Shown: positions 37,387-47,974, numbered from the whole stretch's first letter. The stretch: 63,912 nucleotides of DNA, filler included, from Reclinomonas americana ATCC 50394 (GCA_048213135.1; 17 parts of 17 records of this genome joined end to end with filler, not necessarily neighbours in it); one strand, 5' to 3'. Notes: generated by a model from the letters alone, not told the origin. Made by a program: numbers and translations.

Positions 37387-38366
37387 CTAGTTGCCCTGAG
37401 GCTGCGGCGCAGCTGCTGCTGGTGGGGGGTTGTTTGCTTGAGCCTGGTTGCCACCAGCTGCAGCACAGCGGAAAGCGAACATCGCATTGTCAACCCGCAG
37501 GATCTCCACGCAGCACCTGTCCACCACTCGGCGCAATTGGCCGCTCTCGATGCCCATCTTCTTCAACGACGCCCGGGTAGCTATAGTCTGCGCGCACGAT
37601 CCAACTTGCGTGAAAACAATCGGCACGTGCGTAACCACCGCTTCATCAGTACTAGTGTGCGTTCGAATTCGGATCTTCTCCGGATCCACCAGCTCGGCAT
37701 ACTTCGCCAACTTGCGGTCGTACGCCTTCTGCAGCGCCTCTTCGTCCTTCGGGTACGCCACGGTGAGCTCCACAATCAGCACCTTCGTCACCTGTGCATC
37801 GTCACCTGGACTTGCTCGAGTCAACAACAACAACAACAACTTTACTAATCCAAACAGCAGCAGCTGCATGATGATCACCATCTTGACAGCCACAATGTCT
37901 GGCCATAGTTTCAACTGTGCCAACTGGTCTTCTTCTGCTGCCAACAAATTCTGCGGTACTTTCTCAGTGTAGAAGACTGCCTCGCTGTGTACACTTGAGT
38001 CTCTGAGTTCCTCATGCAAGATTGTTGCCACTCTGTTGTGCCGACTCGTCACATTGTCTTTCTGTAGATGTGCCTCATGATCACACCAGCACAAGAGGTG
38101 CGCCACTGTCTCTGCCTGTCCCTTGTTACACACTCTGCAGCTAGCCATGAGAGGGGTATAGTTCTGGCTTGAGATAGAGGGAGTTGGTGCGCAGTTTCAA
38201 GGCGAAAGACTGCTGTTTAGGATACAGACCACGACCGATTTTCAAGCAGTCGTGTGTGAAAGCAAAGCGACCTGACTTTCTCGGGTGCACATCTCCGTTT
38301 TCTTCTACCATCTCTTCGTTCAACTTCTCGGACTTCTGTTTTCCTTGAAACTTGTTGACAATTGAT
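37387..38366 (-). mobile_element. 5'-truncated RLE-type (R2/R4/NeSL/CRE-like) non-LTR retroelement: zinc knuckle plus restriction-like endonuclease, no RT domain
   Basis: FALKLRTNSL, a frameshift near 38150, then CRVC…ETVAHLLCWC, RHNRVA, PDIV…IVELTV and RKLAKY. This is the canonical order of an RLE-element C-terminus. Confidence 0.88.
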
Positions 38367-38368
38367 GA

Positions 38369-39141
38369 TTCACTTGATGCCCGTCACCGCAATCACTTCG
38401 CAGAGGGCAAACACAAACACATTGTGCACGACTTCAAAGTCGGGCTCTGGCTCGTCGGATCGTAATGCCAGCACAGACGATTGCCGATCGTCGAGATCCG
38501 ACGATTCCATGGCCAGCTCGTCGACGGCGGTGCCGGCTTGTGGTGGCGTGATCCAGATGAATAGTGGTCTGCGAATAAAAGTCAGTCATCTCTCTGCAGT
38601 GGATCAGTGTTTGAAGCGAAGTGGCGGAACTTCCATCGCGGATCCCGACAGAGGTCGTCCGAAATGTGCTCACAGCGCTTGGCGAGCTGTGTGTGGTTTG
38701 AGATCAGATCCAAAGCATCGGTGCAGCCGCACTTTCTCCATTTCGCGCACGCACCTCCATCACCAGATTGTCGACATTGAAGAGGGGAATGTCGGGAAAG
38801 GCGGCGTGAACACACTTGCAACTCAAATACCGATTGAGAACGCCACACTCCGGTCTGTGATCAGCATCTTTAGTCCNNNNNNNNNNNNNNNNNNNNNNNN
38901 NNNNNNNNNNNNNNNNNNNNTTAATTAATTAANNNNNNNNNNNNNNNNNNNNNNNNNNNNNNNNNNNNNNNNNNNNAGAGGCAAGGCGGCGAAGGAATGC
39001 GTGCATTGTGTCGGCACGCAACAGTAGATTGGTGAGCAGAATGTCGTCAAAGAGCAGCAGGGAGACCACCGAGTACAGGCGAGCCCACGTGCGCAGCATC
39101 TGTGGTCCCCACCACTGCGTCAGAAACCGGAACACCATCTG
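38369..39141. repeat. Recent segmental duplication, copy 2 (interrupted by the 38877-38976 spacer)
   Basis: Left contig ends TTTAGTC(C) and right contig starts AGAGGCAAGG. Copy 1 reads TTTAGTCAGAGGCAAGG contiguously. Confidence 0.95.
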
Positions 39142-41480
39142 TGACAGGATGTCGTGCCGCGAGTACACGGCCACGGCCAGCAGGTAGCGCTCGAGTGGTG
39201 GCCACTCTTCCTTGCTTGTCTGCACTCACATGGCGTGAGCATGAAAGTGCGCACGAATGCATGCATTCCTCGCGCGCAACTGGCAGCGTGTTGACGACGG
39301 CGTGGCAAAAGGTGTGTGATTTGGTAAAGTACTCCTCGTTATCCTGATCGTCGAGGGCCACCAGTGCCCGCACAATCTCCCTGTCAACAGCACACATAAG
39401 CTCGCCACACCAGGGAAACAACATGCATGCAGGAATTCGCAACTCGGTGCGCGAATAAAACCACACGAGCGGCTCGGGCAGATTGTCGTACGCGGTGAGG
39501 ACGCGTCGCCACGCTCGGTCAATGTCGGACGACATGTCTGCACCGTCGAGTCGTGCCACGTCCAGGTCTTCGGGATCGGGGTTCACCGTCCACCGCATCT
39601 TCATCTTGAACAAGCGTCGCGGCAGCACGCGAGGCACCGGATTGAGGCGTGGCAGGAACCGCGCACTGAATGCCGAGCGCTGCTGCTCCAGCACTTGGGT
39701 CTGTGCACACACACATTGGTTTGGTGGACGAGGAGGAGGGATAGAGAACAAGAGAGGCGCACCACAGTCGGCCGTCCACGTCCATGCCTGCCAGTGGGTG
39801 GAGCGGTGTTGCCTGCAGAACTCGTTCCTGACCTGGAGTGCAGCGTATGTGTCGCCGGCATCCACACAATGGTCTGCGGATGCTGCACGGTGACAAATCG
39901 CAGCAGCTCATTGACCTCGTTGCTCTCGAGTCCATTGTCGCCGACCGGGTCCTCCGGTGTGTACCAGAACGGATCCACGAGGTGCCGGCTACTCTTGCGG
40001 GGCGAATTCGGTGCCGAGAAGAACGCCGTGATTGAGTGGCGCGGCGAGAATTGGGGCGATCGGCACGGACTGCTGCACACGCTGATCGAGCCTCCGCCGT
40101 ACCGCGCACGTCGCCGCCTCTCCGCCTCCTCCTCTGCTTCCTCATCCTCGTCCACATATCTCATTGCAGCGCTCTCGTCAAATGTCTCCGAGTCGTCGTC
40201 ATCTAGCCGAGGTGGGGGGTGAGGCTCGACAAAGATACCGTTTGTGGAGGAATGCGCGATACCTGTTGGTGGCTGCACCAGGCGGGCATACATGCTACCG
40301 CGCCGCATGCTCAGCTTGTGCATCATCGATGCCATGCGCACGGCCAGCGTCGGCTTGATGAGCGTCTGCTCGCTCTGGTCCGTCACTTCTCGCGGTGGCG
40401 CTGGCACGAAAGAGTGAACAACTCACGTGGCACACTCGCTGCACAAAAAACACTCTCACCCTTCTCATCCGGCGGCGTCTCCAGCACGTCGTCCACCTCC
40501 AACACCAGCTGCTCGACTCGGCGCACACCGAGAAACATGCTGTCGGACAACTCCTGCGCCTTGCTGACGGTCTGCACCGGCTTCCACGGCTGCATGCGCA
40601 CCACGTTGTCGACCGTGGGTTTGCCAGTACCTGCCGTTGTTGATGACGGTCTGCCCGCTGCCACGGCAGCCGCAGCCGCAGTGACGGTGGAGTGGATCTC
40701 TAATACCTCGGGAACCCCCGGCGACACCATGGACCAGAGACGCGCGCCGGCGCCGGCGCCAGGACGACCGCCTCCCACCGTCACACGAGTCCCGACACGA
40801 TTGGCTGCTGCTGCTGCGGCGGCGGCACCGGCAGCATTGCTGTTGGTGGGTGTTGTCAATGTCGGAGGTGGTGGCCTGTCGCTGCCCGGAGGCGACGGCG
40901 GTCCCGGCTGCACACGCACCACCTGCTTCACGAGTGGTCTCGATGTGCGTGACGAGGGGCGGCCGACCACCGGCAGTTGCCTCCGTGCGCCGGACCGAAC
41001 CGGCGACGAGCTGCGAGATGCACTCATTCCACCGCCGCTGCCGCTGCTGCCAGTCGTTGGTGTGGATCGGCGGTCAATCGCCGGAAGCCGCCCGTTTCCG
41101 CCGCCACTGGTGCGCCGTTGCGACGCCGTTGCCGCTGCTGGTGGTGGCGGCATCATGGCGTAGTCGTCGGAGTCCTGGCTGACGGTGGAGAATCGCCCCT
41201 CGCGCTCGCGCGCACGCTCCTCCCGCTCAGCCATCTCGCACATGAGTATGTACTCGTCGTGCGGCAGCTTGAGCTCCACCACCCGTCGTGTGGCCTCCAG
41301 ATTCAGCACCTGCCGCACGTACCACGTCTCGTTGCGCTGCGCCGCCAGTCGCAGCAACGCCACCAGTGTGTCGGCGTGAATCGGCAGACTTGCCAACTCG
41401 CTTACGCGCGTCGGCGATCGCGCTGTGCCGCCCACCGATCCACCATCGACAGGTCCGCGCGACGCCGGTCGGCTGTTCAT
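38370..41480 (-). CDS. Large multi-exon gene of unknown function spanning two contigs; weak globin-like segment
   Basis: Long GC3-rich exons from ATG 41480. The spliced frame continues across the spacer into the duplicated tail and ends at TGA 38370-38372. Confidence 0.55.
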
Positions 41481-41812
41481 CTCCCTGTCCCTCTGTCACA
41501 CACGCACGCACAGAGGCACACGCACACGCGCGCACACACCCAATATTTTTCTGCTCGTAAGCACGCGTGAAAAACTGACAAATGAATGCGTTACAGCAAT
41601 CACGAGTCTACAGTAAATTGAGAGAAAGAAAAGGTCGCCGCACGTGGTAGCAAGCCAAGCTAGCTGGGCGACCGAGACTGCGTTCTCACTCGTCTCCTTT
41701 TGCTGCTTCTTCNNNNNNNNNNNNNNNNNNNNNNNNNNNNNNNNNNNNNNNNNNNNTTAATTAATTAANNNNNNNNNNNNNNNNNNNNNNNNNNNNNNNN
41801 NNNNNNNNNNNN

Positions 41813-41978
41813 CCAGCCGCGCGATCGCTTCCTCGACGCGCGCCACAGTCTCGGGCGAGGCCCGCCCGCTCTCGCCATTGACGATGCGCGAGACCGTGGA
41901 GATCGAGACGCCGGTATCCTCCGCGACGGTGGTGAGCGATACCGAACCCTGATGTGCCCTTGCGGCCCTGGTCTTCAT
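41813..41978 (-). CDS. LacI-family transcriptional regulator, N-terminal HTH (3' truncated)
   Basis: SLTTVAEDTGVSISTVSRIVNG…ASPETVARVEEAIARL. Confidence 0.93.
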
Positions 41979-42043
41979 CGCACCCTGTCCCCGATTCTGC
42001 GCCCTGCGAACCGGCGCCCAACAGATGCCGGCTCACTTCGGGA

Positions 42044-42082
42044 TTGACAAGCTAGGCAAACGTTTGCCTTAATGATTGTCAA
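42044..42082. promoter_or_regulatory. LacI-type operator within overlapping divergent promoters
   Basis: Perfect palindrome AGGCAAACGTTTGCCT (42054-42069) with a central CG. TTGACA on + (42044-42049) has CTTAAT 18 nt downstream. A second TTGACA is on - (42082-42077). Confidence 0.85.
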
Positions 42083-42124
42083 GACGCTCTCGGAGGCGTC
42101 GTCTCAAGCGGGGATGGAACGCTC

Positions 42125-43417
42125 ATGCATAGCAAGCATTGGATTTCGGCGCTCGCCTTGACGGCCGGCCTCGTCACGGGCGGCTTTGTCGCGAGCACCT
42201 CGGCGCAGGCCCAGACCACGGTCCGCATCGCCTGGTACTCCGACGGCAACGAGGGCGAGGTCATCACCGACCTGCTCAAGCGCTTCGAGGCCGAGAACAA
42301 GGACATCAAGGTCGTGCTCGACCAGGTGCCCTACAAGGCCATCACCGAGAACCTCCCCGTCCAGCTCGCCTCCGGCCAGGGCCCGGACATCGCCCGCGTC
42401 GTCGATCTCGGCGGCATCGCCCGCTATGCGCTCGACCTGCGCCCGCATCTCAAGGACGCGGCCTATTGGGAGAAGAATTTCGGGCCGTTCCTGCCCTGGA
42501 TGCGCCCGGAGGGCGACAGCAAGGCCATCACCGGCTTCATGACGCAGCTCACGGTGTCCGGCCCCTTCGTCAACAAGACGCTGTTCGAGCAGGCCGGCAT
42601 CGCGTTGCCCGGCGCCAAGGCGACCTGGGAGGAATGGGGCAAGGCGGCCCGGGACGTCGCCGCCAAGGTCCAGGCGCCGTTTCCGCTGGCAATGGACCGC
42701 TCGGGCCATCGTTTCTTCTCGGTCGCGGTCTCCGAGGGCGCCAAGGTGTTCGACGCCAAGGGCGAGCCGGCCGTCATCGACGACGGTTTCAAGCGCGGCG
42801 CCAAGCTCGTCTATGACTGGCACAACAACGGCGTGATGAAGAAGGAGCTCTGGGGCTCGGTCTCCGGCACCGCCTATCGCGGCGCCAATGACGAGTTCAA
42901 GAACGCCCAGGTCGTGATGTACCAGTCGGGTTCCTGGCAGATCGCCCAGTTCGACAAAACCGTCGGCGATGCCTTCGACTGGGTCGCGGTTCCCGCGCCC
43001 TGCGGCGCCGCCGCCTGCTCGGGCATGCCAGGCGGAGCCGGCCTCGTCGCGATCAAGACCACCAAGAGCCCGGAAGCCGTTGCCAAGGTGATGGAATATC
43101 TCGCCAGCGAGCCGGTGCTGAGCGAGTTCTATGCTCGCTCGCTGTTCGTGCCCGGCCATCTCGGCATCGCCGCCAAGGGCCTCGACTACAAGGGCGCCAG
43201 CGCCCCGGCCAAGGCTGCGCTCAAGGTCTTCTCGGACCAGGTCGCGCAGCTCTCGCCGGTCGCCTACCAACTGCAGGGCTATACGAGCAACCGCGTAATC
43301 TTCAATGCGGTGATCAGCCGGCTCGGCCAGGCGATCTCGGGCGAGGGCAGCCTCGACGAGGCCTATAAGCGGATCGAATCCGACATCGCCCAGCAGATCG
43401 CCGAGCGGAAGAAGTAA
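42125..43417 (+). CDS. Carbohydrate ABC transporter substrate-binding protein
   Basis: Signal peptide, FEAENKDIKV, LASGQGPDIAR, FVNKTLFEQAGI…TWEEW; 430 aa; directly upstream of the permease. Confidence 0.95.
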   Translation: MHSKHWISALALTAGLVTGGFVASTSAQAQTTVRIAWYSDGNEGEVITDLLKRFEAENKDIKVVLDQVPYKAITENLPVQLASGQGPDIARVVDLGGIARYALDLRPHLKDAAYWEKNFGPFLPWMRPEGDSKAITGFMTQLTVSGPFVNKTLFEQAGIALPGAKATWEEWGKAARDVAAKVQAPFPLAMDRSGHRFFSVAVSEGAKVFDAKGEPAVIDDGFKRGAKLVYDWHNNGVMKKELWGSVSGTAYRGANDEFKNAQVVMYQSGSWQIAQFDKTVGDAFDWVAVPAPCGAAACSGMPGGAGLVAIKTTKSPEAVAKVMEYLASEPVLSEFYARSLFVPGHLGIAAKGLDYKGASAPAKAALKVFSDQVAQLSPVAYQLQGYTSNRVIFNAVISRLGQAISGEGSLDEAYKRIESDIAQQIAERKK

Positions 43418-43423
43418 GCCGCC

Positions 43424-44308
43424 ATGGCCTCCGACGCTCCGGTCACCACGGCAAGCCCGGACCGCGCCGGCGCAGCGAGCCTCTTCGCCGCGCCGCTCGC
43501 GATGCTGATGCGCCTGATCGATTGGCCGATGCAGGCTCTGCAGCGGCTGATCGGCGAGCGCCGGATGGCCTATGTCTTCCTTCTGCCCAATCTCGCCTTC
43601 TTCTCGCTCTTCGTCTTCCTGCCGCTCATCATCAACTTCATCTTCTCGGTGACGGGGGGGGCGGGGCTGTTTCCCTCCGAGCGGCCTTATGTCGGGGCGC
43701 AGCAATACGCCTATCTCTTTGACTGCGGCTCGTTCCTCGACCCGTCCTCCTGCCGCGAGGACCATTTCTGGCGCGGCGTTGCCAATACCGCCCGCTTCAC
43801 CGTCTTTCAGGTCACGGCGATGGTGCTGTTCTCGCTGCTGACGGCGGTGGTGTTGAATATGAAGATCAAGGCGCGCGGCTTTTTCCGCGCGGTCTATTTC
43901 TTCCCGGTGCTGCTCTCGCCGGTGGTGGTGGCGCTGACCTGGAAATGGATCCTGCAGCGCGACGGCCTGCTCAATGCCGCGATCACCTCGCTCGGCGGCG
44001 AGCGCATCCTGTTCCTGGTCGATCCGAGCTGGGCGATGTTCTGGATCGTCTTCGTCTCGATCTGGGCCCATATGGGCTTCTACACGCTGATCCTGCTCGC
44101 CGGCCTGCAGGCTATTCCGGCCGATCTCTATGAAGCCGCCGAGATGGATGCGACGCCGCGCTGGCGCACGTTCTGGCGCATCACCCTGCCATTGCTCTGG
44201 CCGAACATGATCGTGGTGATCGTGCTGGCGCTGATCCGCGGCGTGCAGACCTTCGACGAGGTCTTCGTGCTGACCGGCGGCGGGCCGGGCACCGCGACCT
44301 TGATGATC
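43424..44308 (+). CDS. Carbohydrate ABC transporter permease (3' truncated)
   Basis: YVFLLPNL, FFPVLLSPVVV, EAA loop LAGLQAIPADLYEAAEMD, LTGGGPG. Confidence 0.96.
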
Positions 44309-44408
44309 NNNNNNNNNNNNNNNNNNNNNNNNNNNNNNNNNNNNNNNNNNNNTTAATTAATTAANNNNNNNNNNNNNNNNNNNNNNNNNNNNNNNNNNNN
44401 NNNNNNNN

Positions 44409-45031
44409 CTGCGGATCGCGTCCGCCAGCCTGGCATCGCCGAGGCCGCGCAACAGTCCTGCCGGCGCATCGGCCGCTGGTGTCAGCCTGAGCGCCTCGAC
44501 CAGCAGGATCTCGACGAGGCGGCCAAGCACCAGCTCCCGGCCGGGCCGCTGCGCGCCGGACTCCTCGGTAAGCAGCCGGACCAGGGTCGAGAGCCGCGGG
44601 ACGTCGCGGATCCGGATCTGCTTCGGCAGCAGCGAGACGAGCAGGACGGCCTCGTCGACATCGAAGGTGAAGTAGCCGCCGAGCAGGCGCACGCTCACAG
44701 GGCCGTCGGGATTGCCATGGCGCAGCTCCGTCTCCGGCGAAGGGGCGAGATCGGGCGTGATCAGCACCGGCGTCGCCGGCTCGAAGCCCGACAGGATGAA
44801 GCCGGGCGTCGTCGGCAGCAGCACGAAATCGCCGGCGGCCAGGGTCAGGACCTCCTCTCCGTCGACGGCGAGGCGGCAGCTGCCCTCGATCACGGCGCAG
44901 AAGCTGGGATGGCCGAAATCGGCATAGCGCACGGCCCAGCGTCCGGCGCCGCTGATGCCCTTGGTGAACACCGCCCGCGGCCGCAGCAGGCTGATGATCT
45001 CGGCGAGCGGGTCGATCACCATCTGGACCAT
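44409..45031 (-). CDS. AraC-family regulator with cupin N-terminal domain (3' truncated)
   Basis: DPLAEIISLLRP, FCAVIEGSC, GDFVLLP, RLVEILLVEALR, GLLRGLGDARLA; divergent from the SDR gene. Confidence 0.92.
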
Positions 45032-45117
45032 CTCAAATCAAATATGGACTATCGATCGTAGATCGTCCTGAGCGCTGCTCGTATCACGGCAGCATCGAAA
45101 CCAGCAAGGACATCATC

Positions 45118-45876
45118 ATGAAGACGGTGCTGATCACCGGTTGCTCCTCGGGCTACGGCCTGGAGACAGCTCGCCATTTCCTTTCGCAAGGCTGGAACGT
45201 CGTCGCGACCATGCGCACGCCGCGCGAGGACATCCTGCCGCGCTCGCCGGCGCTGCGCATCCTGCGGCTCGATGTGACCGATGCAGACAGCATCGCGGCG
45301 GCGCTGTCGGAAGCCGGGCCGATCGACGTCCTCGTCAACAATGCCGGGATCGGCGTGGTCGGCGCCTTCGAGGCGACGCCGATGGAGCATATCCGCAAGG
45401 TCTTCGAGACCAATACCTTCGGGACGATGGCGATGTGCCAGGCGGCGATCCCGCAATTCCGGGCGCGGGGCTCCGGCGCGATCGTCAACGTCACCTCCAG
45501 CGTCACGCTGGTGTCGATGCCGCTGGCGGCGGCCTACACGGCGAGCAAGCAGGCGATCGAGGGCTTCACCGGCTCGCTCGCGCATGAGCTCGGCCATTTC
45601 GGCATCCGGGCCAAGCTGGTCGAGCCGGGCTATGCCCCCACCACGCGCTTCACGCAGAACAGCGGCGTGCGCATCGAGGACATGATCCCGGCGAGCTATG
45701 CCGCCTTCGCCGAGCCGATCTTCGCTGCCTTCGCAGCGCCTGCCTTGACGACGAAGGAGAGCGACGTCGCGGAGGCCGTCTGGCAGGCGGCGAACGATCT
45801 CTCGGGCCGGCTGCATTTCCCGGCTGGCGCGGATGCGGTGGCGCTGGCGGAGATGGCTGGAGGCCGGCGCGGCTAG
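45118..45876 (+). CDS. Short-chain dehydrogenase/reductase
   Basis: TGCSSGYG, NNAG, catalytic YTASK, VEPG. RBS AAGGA. Confidence 0.96.
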   Translation: MKTVLITGCSSGYGLETARHFLSQGWNVVATMRTPREDILPRSPALRILRLDVTDADSIAAALSEAGPIDVLVNNAGIGVVGAFEATPMEHIRKVFETNTFGTMAMCQAAIPQFRARGSGAIVNVTSSVTLVSMPLAAAYTASKQAIEGFTGSLAHELGHFGIRAKLVEPGYAPTTRFTQNSGVRIEDMIPASYAAFAEPIFAAFAAPALTTKESDVAEAVWQAANDLSGRLHFPAGADAVALAEMAGGRRG

Positions 45877-45902
45877 GGCTGTACAGCTTCTTGAAGGAGC
45901 CA

Positions 45903-46056
45903 CCCCGTCTTTCCGGGGCAGGCCGCAGGCCTGAGCCCGGAATCCAGAAGCGATACCTTTTCCAGAGAAGCTCTACTCGACGCGCAATCACCCCGACCGG
46001 CATCGGTTCTGGGTTCCGGGCCCTTCGCTGCGCGAAGTCCCGGAATGACGGCGGGG
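45903..46056. repeat. Alphaproteobacterial intergenic palindromic element between convergent genes
   Basis: Arms CCGTCTTTCCGGG…CCCGGAATGACGG with inner CCCGGAATCCAG/CTGGGTTCCGGG pairing; same family as 22809-22913. Confidence 0.8.
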
Positions 46057-46086
46057 TTCCGCATCGCCTGCTCACCCCCTCCGCTA

Positions 46087-46473
46087 TTATTCCAGTCGCA
46101 GCGAAGCACCCTTGGCCACCGCCGCATCGCGGGCGGCCACGGTCGCTCGTGCCGCTGCCAGTGCCTGGCGAGCCCATTCGCGGACGCCGAGCTCAGCGGC
46201 GCGTTCGAGATGCGGGACCTCGACGCTGACCGGCAACTCGGCCGGAAGCTGGCTGAAGATGCCGACGAGGTCGATGCCGCCCTCGCCGGGGAGCAGGCGG
46301 GCCTGCCGGGCGGTATGGATCAGGCCTTCGGGTGTGGTCGGGATTTCGGCCGGTGCGTCGCAGAGCTGGGCATAGCTCAGGCGCGCGGCCGGGATCGTGG
46401 CGATGTCGGCGAGCGTGGTGCTGGAACGGCCGGCATGGAGCGCATCGACCAGCACGCGGCCGTTGGGCTGATC
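46087..46473 (-). CDS. Sugar phosphate isomerase/epimerase (xylose isomerase-like TIM barrel), 5' truncated
   Basis: LVDALH, YAQLCDA, RLLPGEGGIDL, VSVEVP. Confidence 0.9.
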   Translation of the reverse strand, partial: DQPNGRVLVDALHAGRSSTTLADIATIPAARLSYAQLCDAPAEIPTTPEGLIHTARQARLLPGEGGIDLVGIFSQLPAELPVSVEVPHLERAAELGVREWARQALAAARATVAARDAAVAKGASLRLE

Positions 46474-46908
46474 NNNNNNNNNNNNNNNNNNNNNNNNNNN
46501 NNNNNNNNNNNNNNNNNTTAATTAATTAANNNNNNNNNNNNNNNNNNNNNNNNNNNNNNNNNNNNNNNNNNNNGGGCGAAGATGACGCCGCAATATTCTG
46601 GGTCAAGGGTGAAGGTCAAATCGCCGTGGCGCGAACGGCTCGCGCGTTGCGACAGATTGATTTCCGTTGCGCGCACCAAGTTCTGTTCTCTGTCGCCTCC
46701 TTGTCGTGCGTCCCCGCATCTTGCGTCGGGGTTCTCTTTCACTCTCTGGTGCGATAAGTGAGAGTGAAGAGGGAGTGAGAGCGTGAGAAAGAGAGAGAGG
46801 GCAAGACGGTGGAAAGAGGTGGGAGATGTCAGAGCGACAAGAGAGAGAAAGACGGCGCAAGAGAGCGAGGTTAGGTGGGTGGTTCTCTTTAAGAAAGAGA
46901 GTGAGAAG

Positions 46909-46940
<32 letters not shown>

Positions 46941-47612
46941 CTGATAGATAGAAAGGTTTGAGTTGTCCAGGTCGATAATGAGGTGGAGTGCATGGATGAG
47001 AAGTGTGGGAAAGAGAGGGAAGGAGAGCGGGAAGGGGAGAGAGGTGAGAAGGTAGAGAGGATTGGAGAGAGGAATGGGAACGAGAGAGGGGATAGATGGA
47101 TGAGAGCGGGGGGAGCGGGAAAGGGAGCGAGAAGGGACGAGTGAGATGGACGAGATGAAAGAAGAGCAGGAAGGAGAGAGAGGGGAAAAGGGCAGGAAGG
47201 AGAGAGAGGGGAAAAGAGCAGGAAGGAGAGAGGGAAAGAGACAAGGGAGAGGGAGAGATGGATGAGACGGGAGAGTAGAAAGGAGAGAGGATGAGCACGA
47301 CGGTGGGAAAGGAGAGAGAGAGAGAGAGGTGAGAGAGGCGAGAGGAATGGAGTTGAAAGAGAGAAGTTGGCGCGTTCAAGGAGTCGGCGCCACTTTGGAG
47401 TAAGACGGAATTGTGACACAGAGCAGATGATGTCGGACGGAGAGAGGAATGTTGGATAAAAAGGAGCGCACTGAAGAGGACGGGGATAGCGAGTGGCGTG
47501 ACTGGAGGGATGCGAGGAGGGAATGTCTGGGCAGCTGCAGATGCAGACGGGTGCCTTCAGATGATGTGAGGAGGGGAAAGGGGAGTGTGAGTGATCGAGA
47601 GAAAGAGAAGTG

Positions 47613-47658
<46 letters not shown>

Positions 47659-47940
47659 AGAAGAAGGAGAGAGAGAGAGTAGANNNNNNNNNNNNNNNNN
47701 NNNNNNNNNNNNNNNNNNNNNNNNNNNTTAATTAATTAANNNNNNNNNNNNNNNNNNNNNNNNNNNNNNNNNNNNNNNNNNNNATGAATCCGCACACTTC
47801 ATTCGAGTCTTGGTGGCGCATAGTAGTATCACGTCGTGATGCGCGCGTTCACGCAAACCATCACACTGCCATGACCAGCCACCAGGCGGAAACAAGGAGA
47901 TCGGCGCGTTCATTCCCTTGGTCACCACCATAAGGAACTC

Positions 47941-47974
<34 letters not shown>

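Noticed and set aside
38369..39141. Retroelement template-switch chimera capturing an mRNA
   Set aside because: The duplicated segment retains three introns and continues the upstream gene's frame, so it looks like a DNA-level duplication.
42104..44071. 655-aa minus-strand ORF
   Set aside because: Antisense shadow of the GC-rich ABC transporter genes.
47355..47915. Short similarity (TGAACGCGCC…) between two small contigs
   Set aside because: About 20 nt with mismatches and no extension; compatible with chance.
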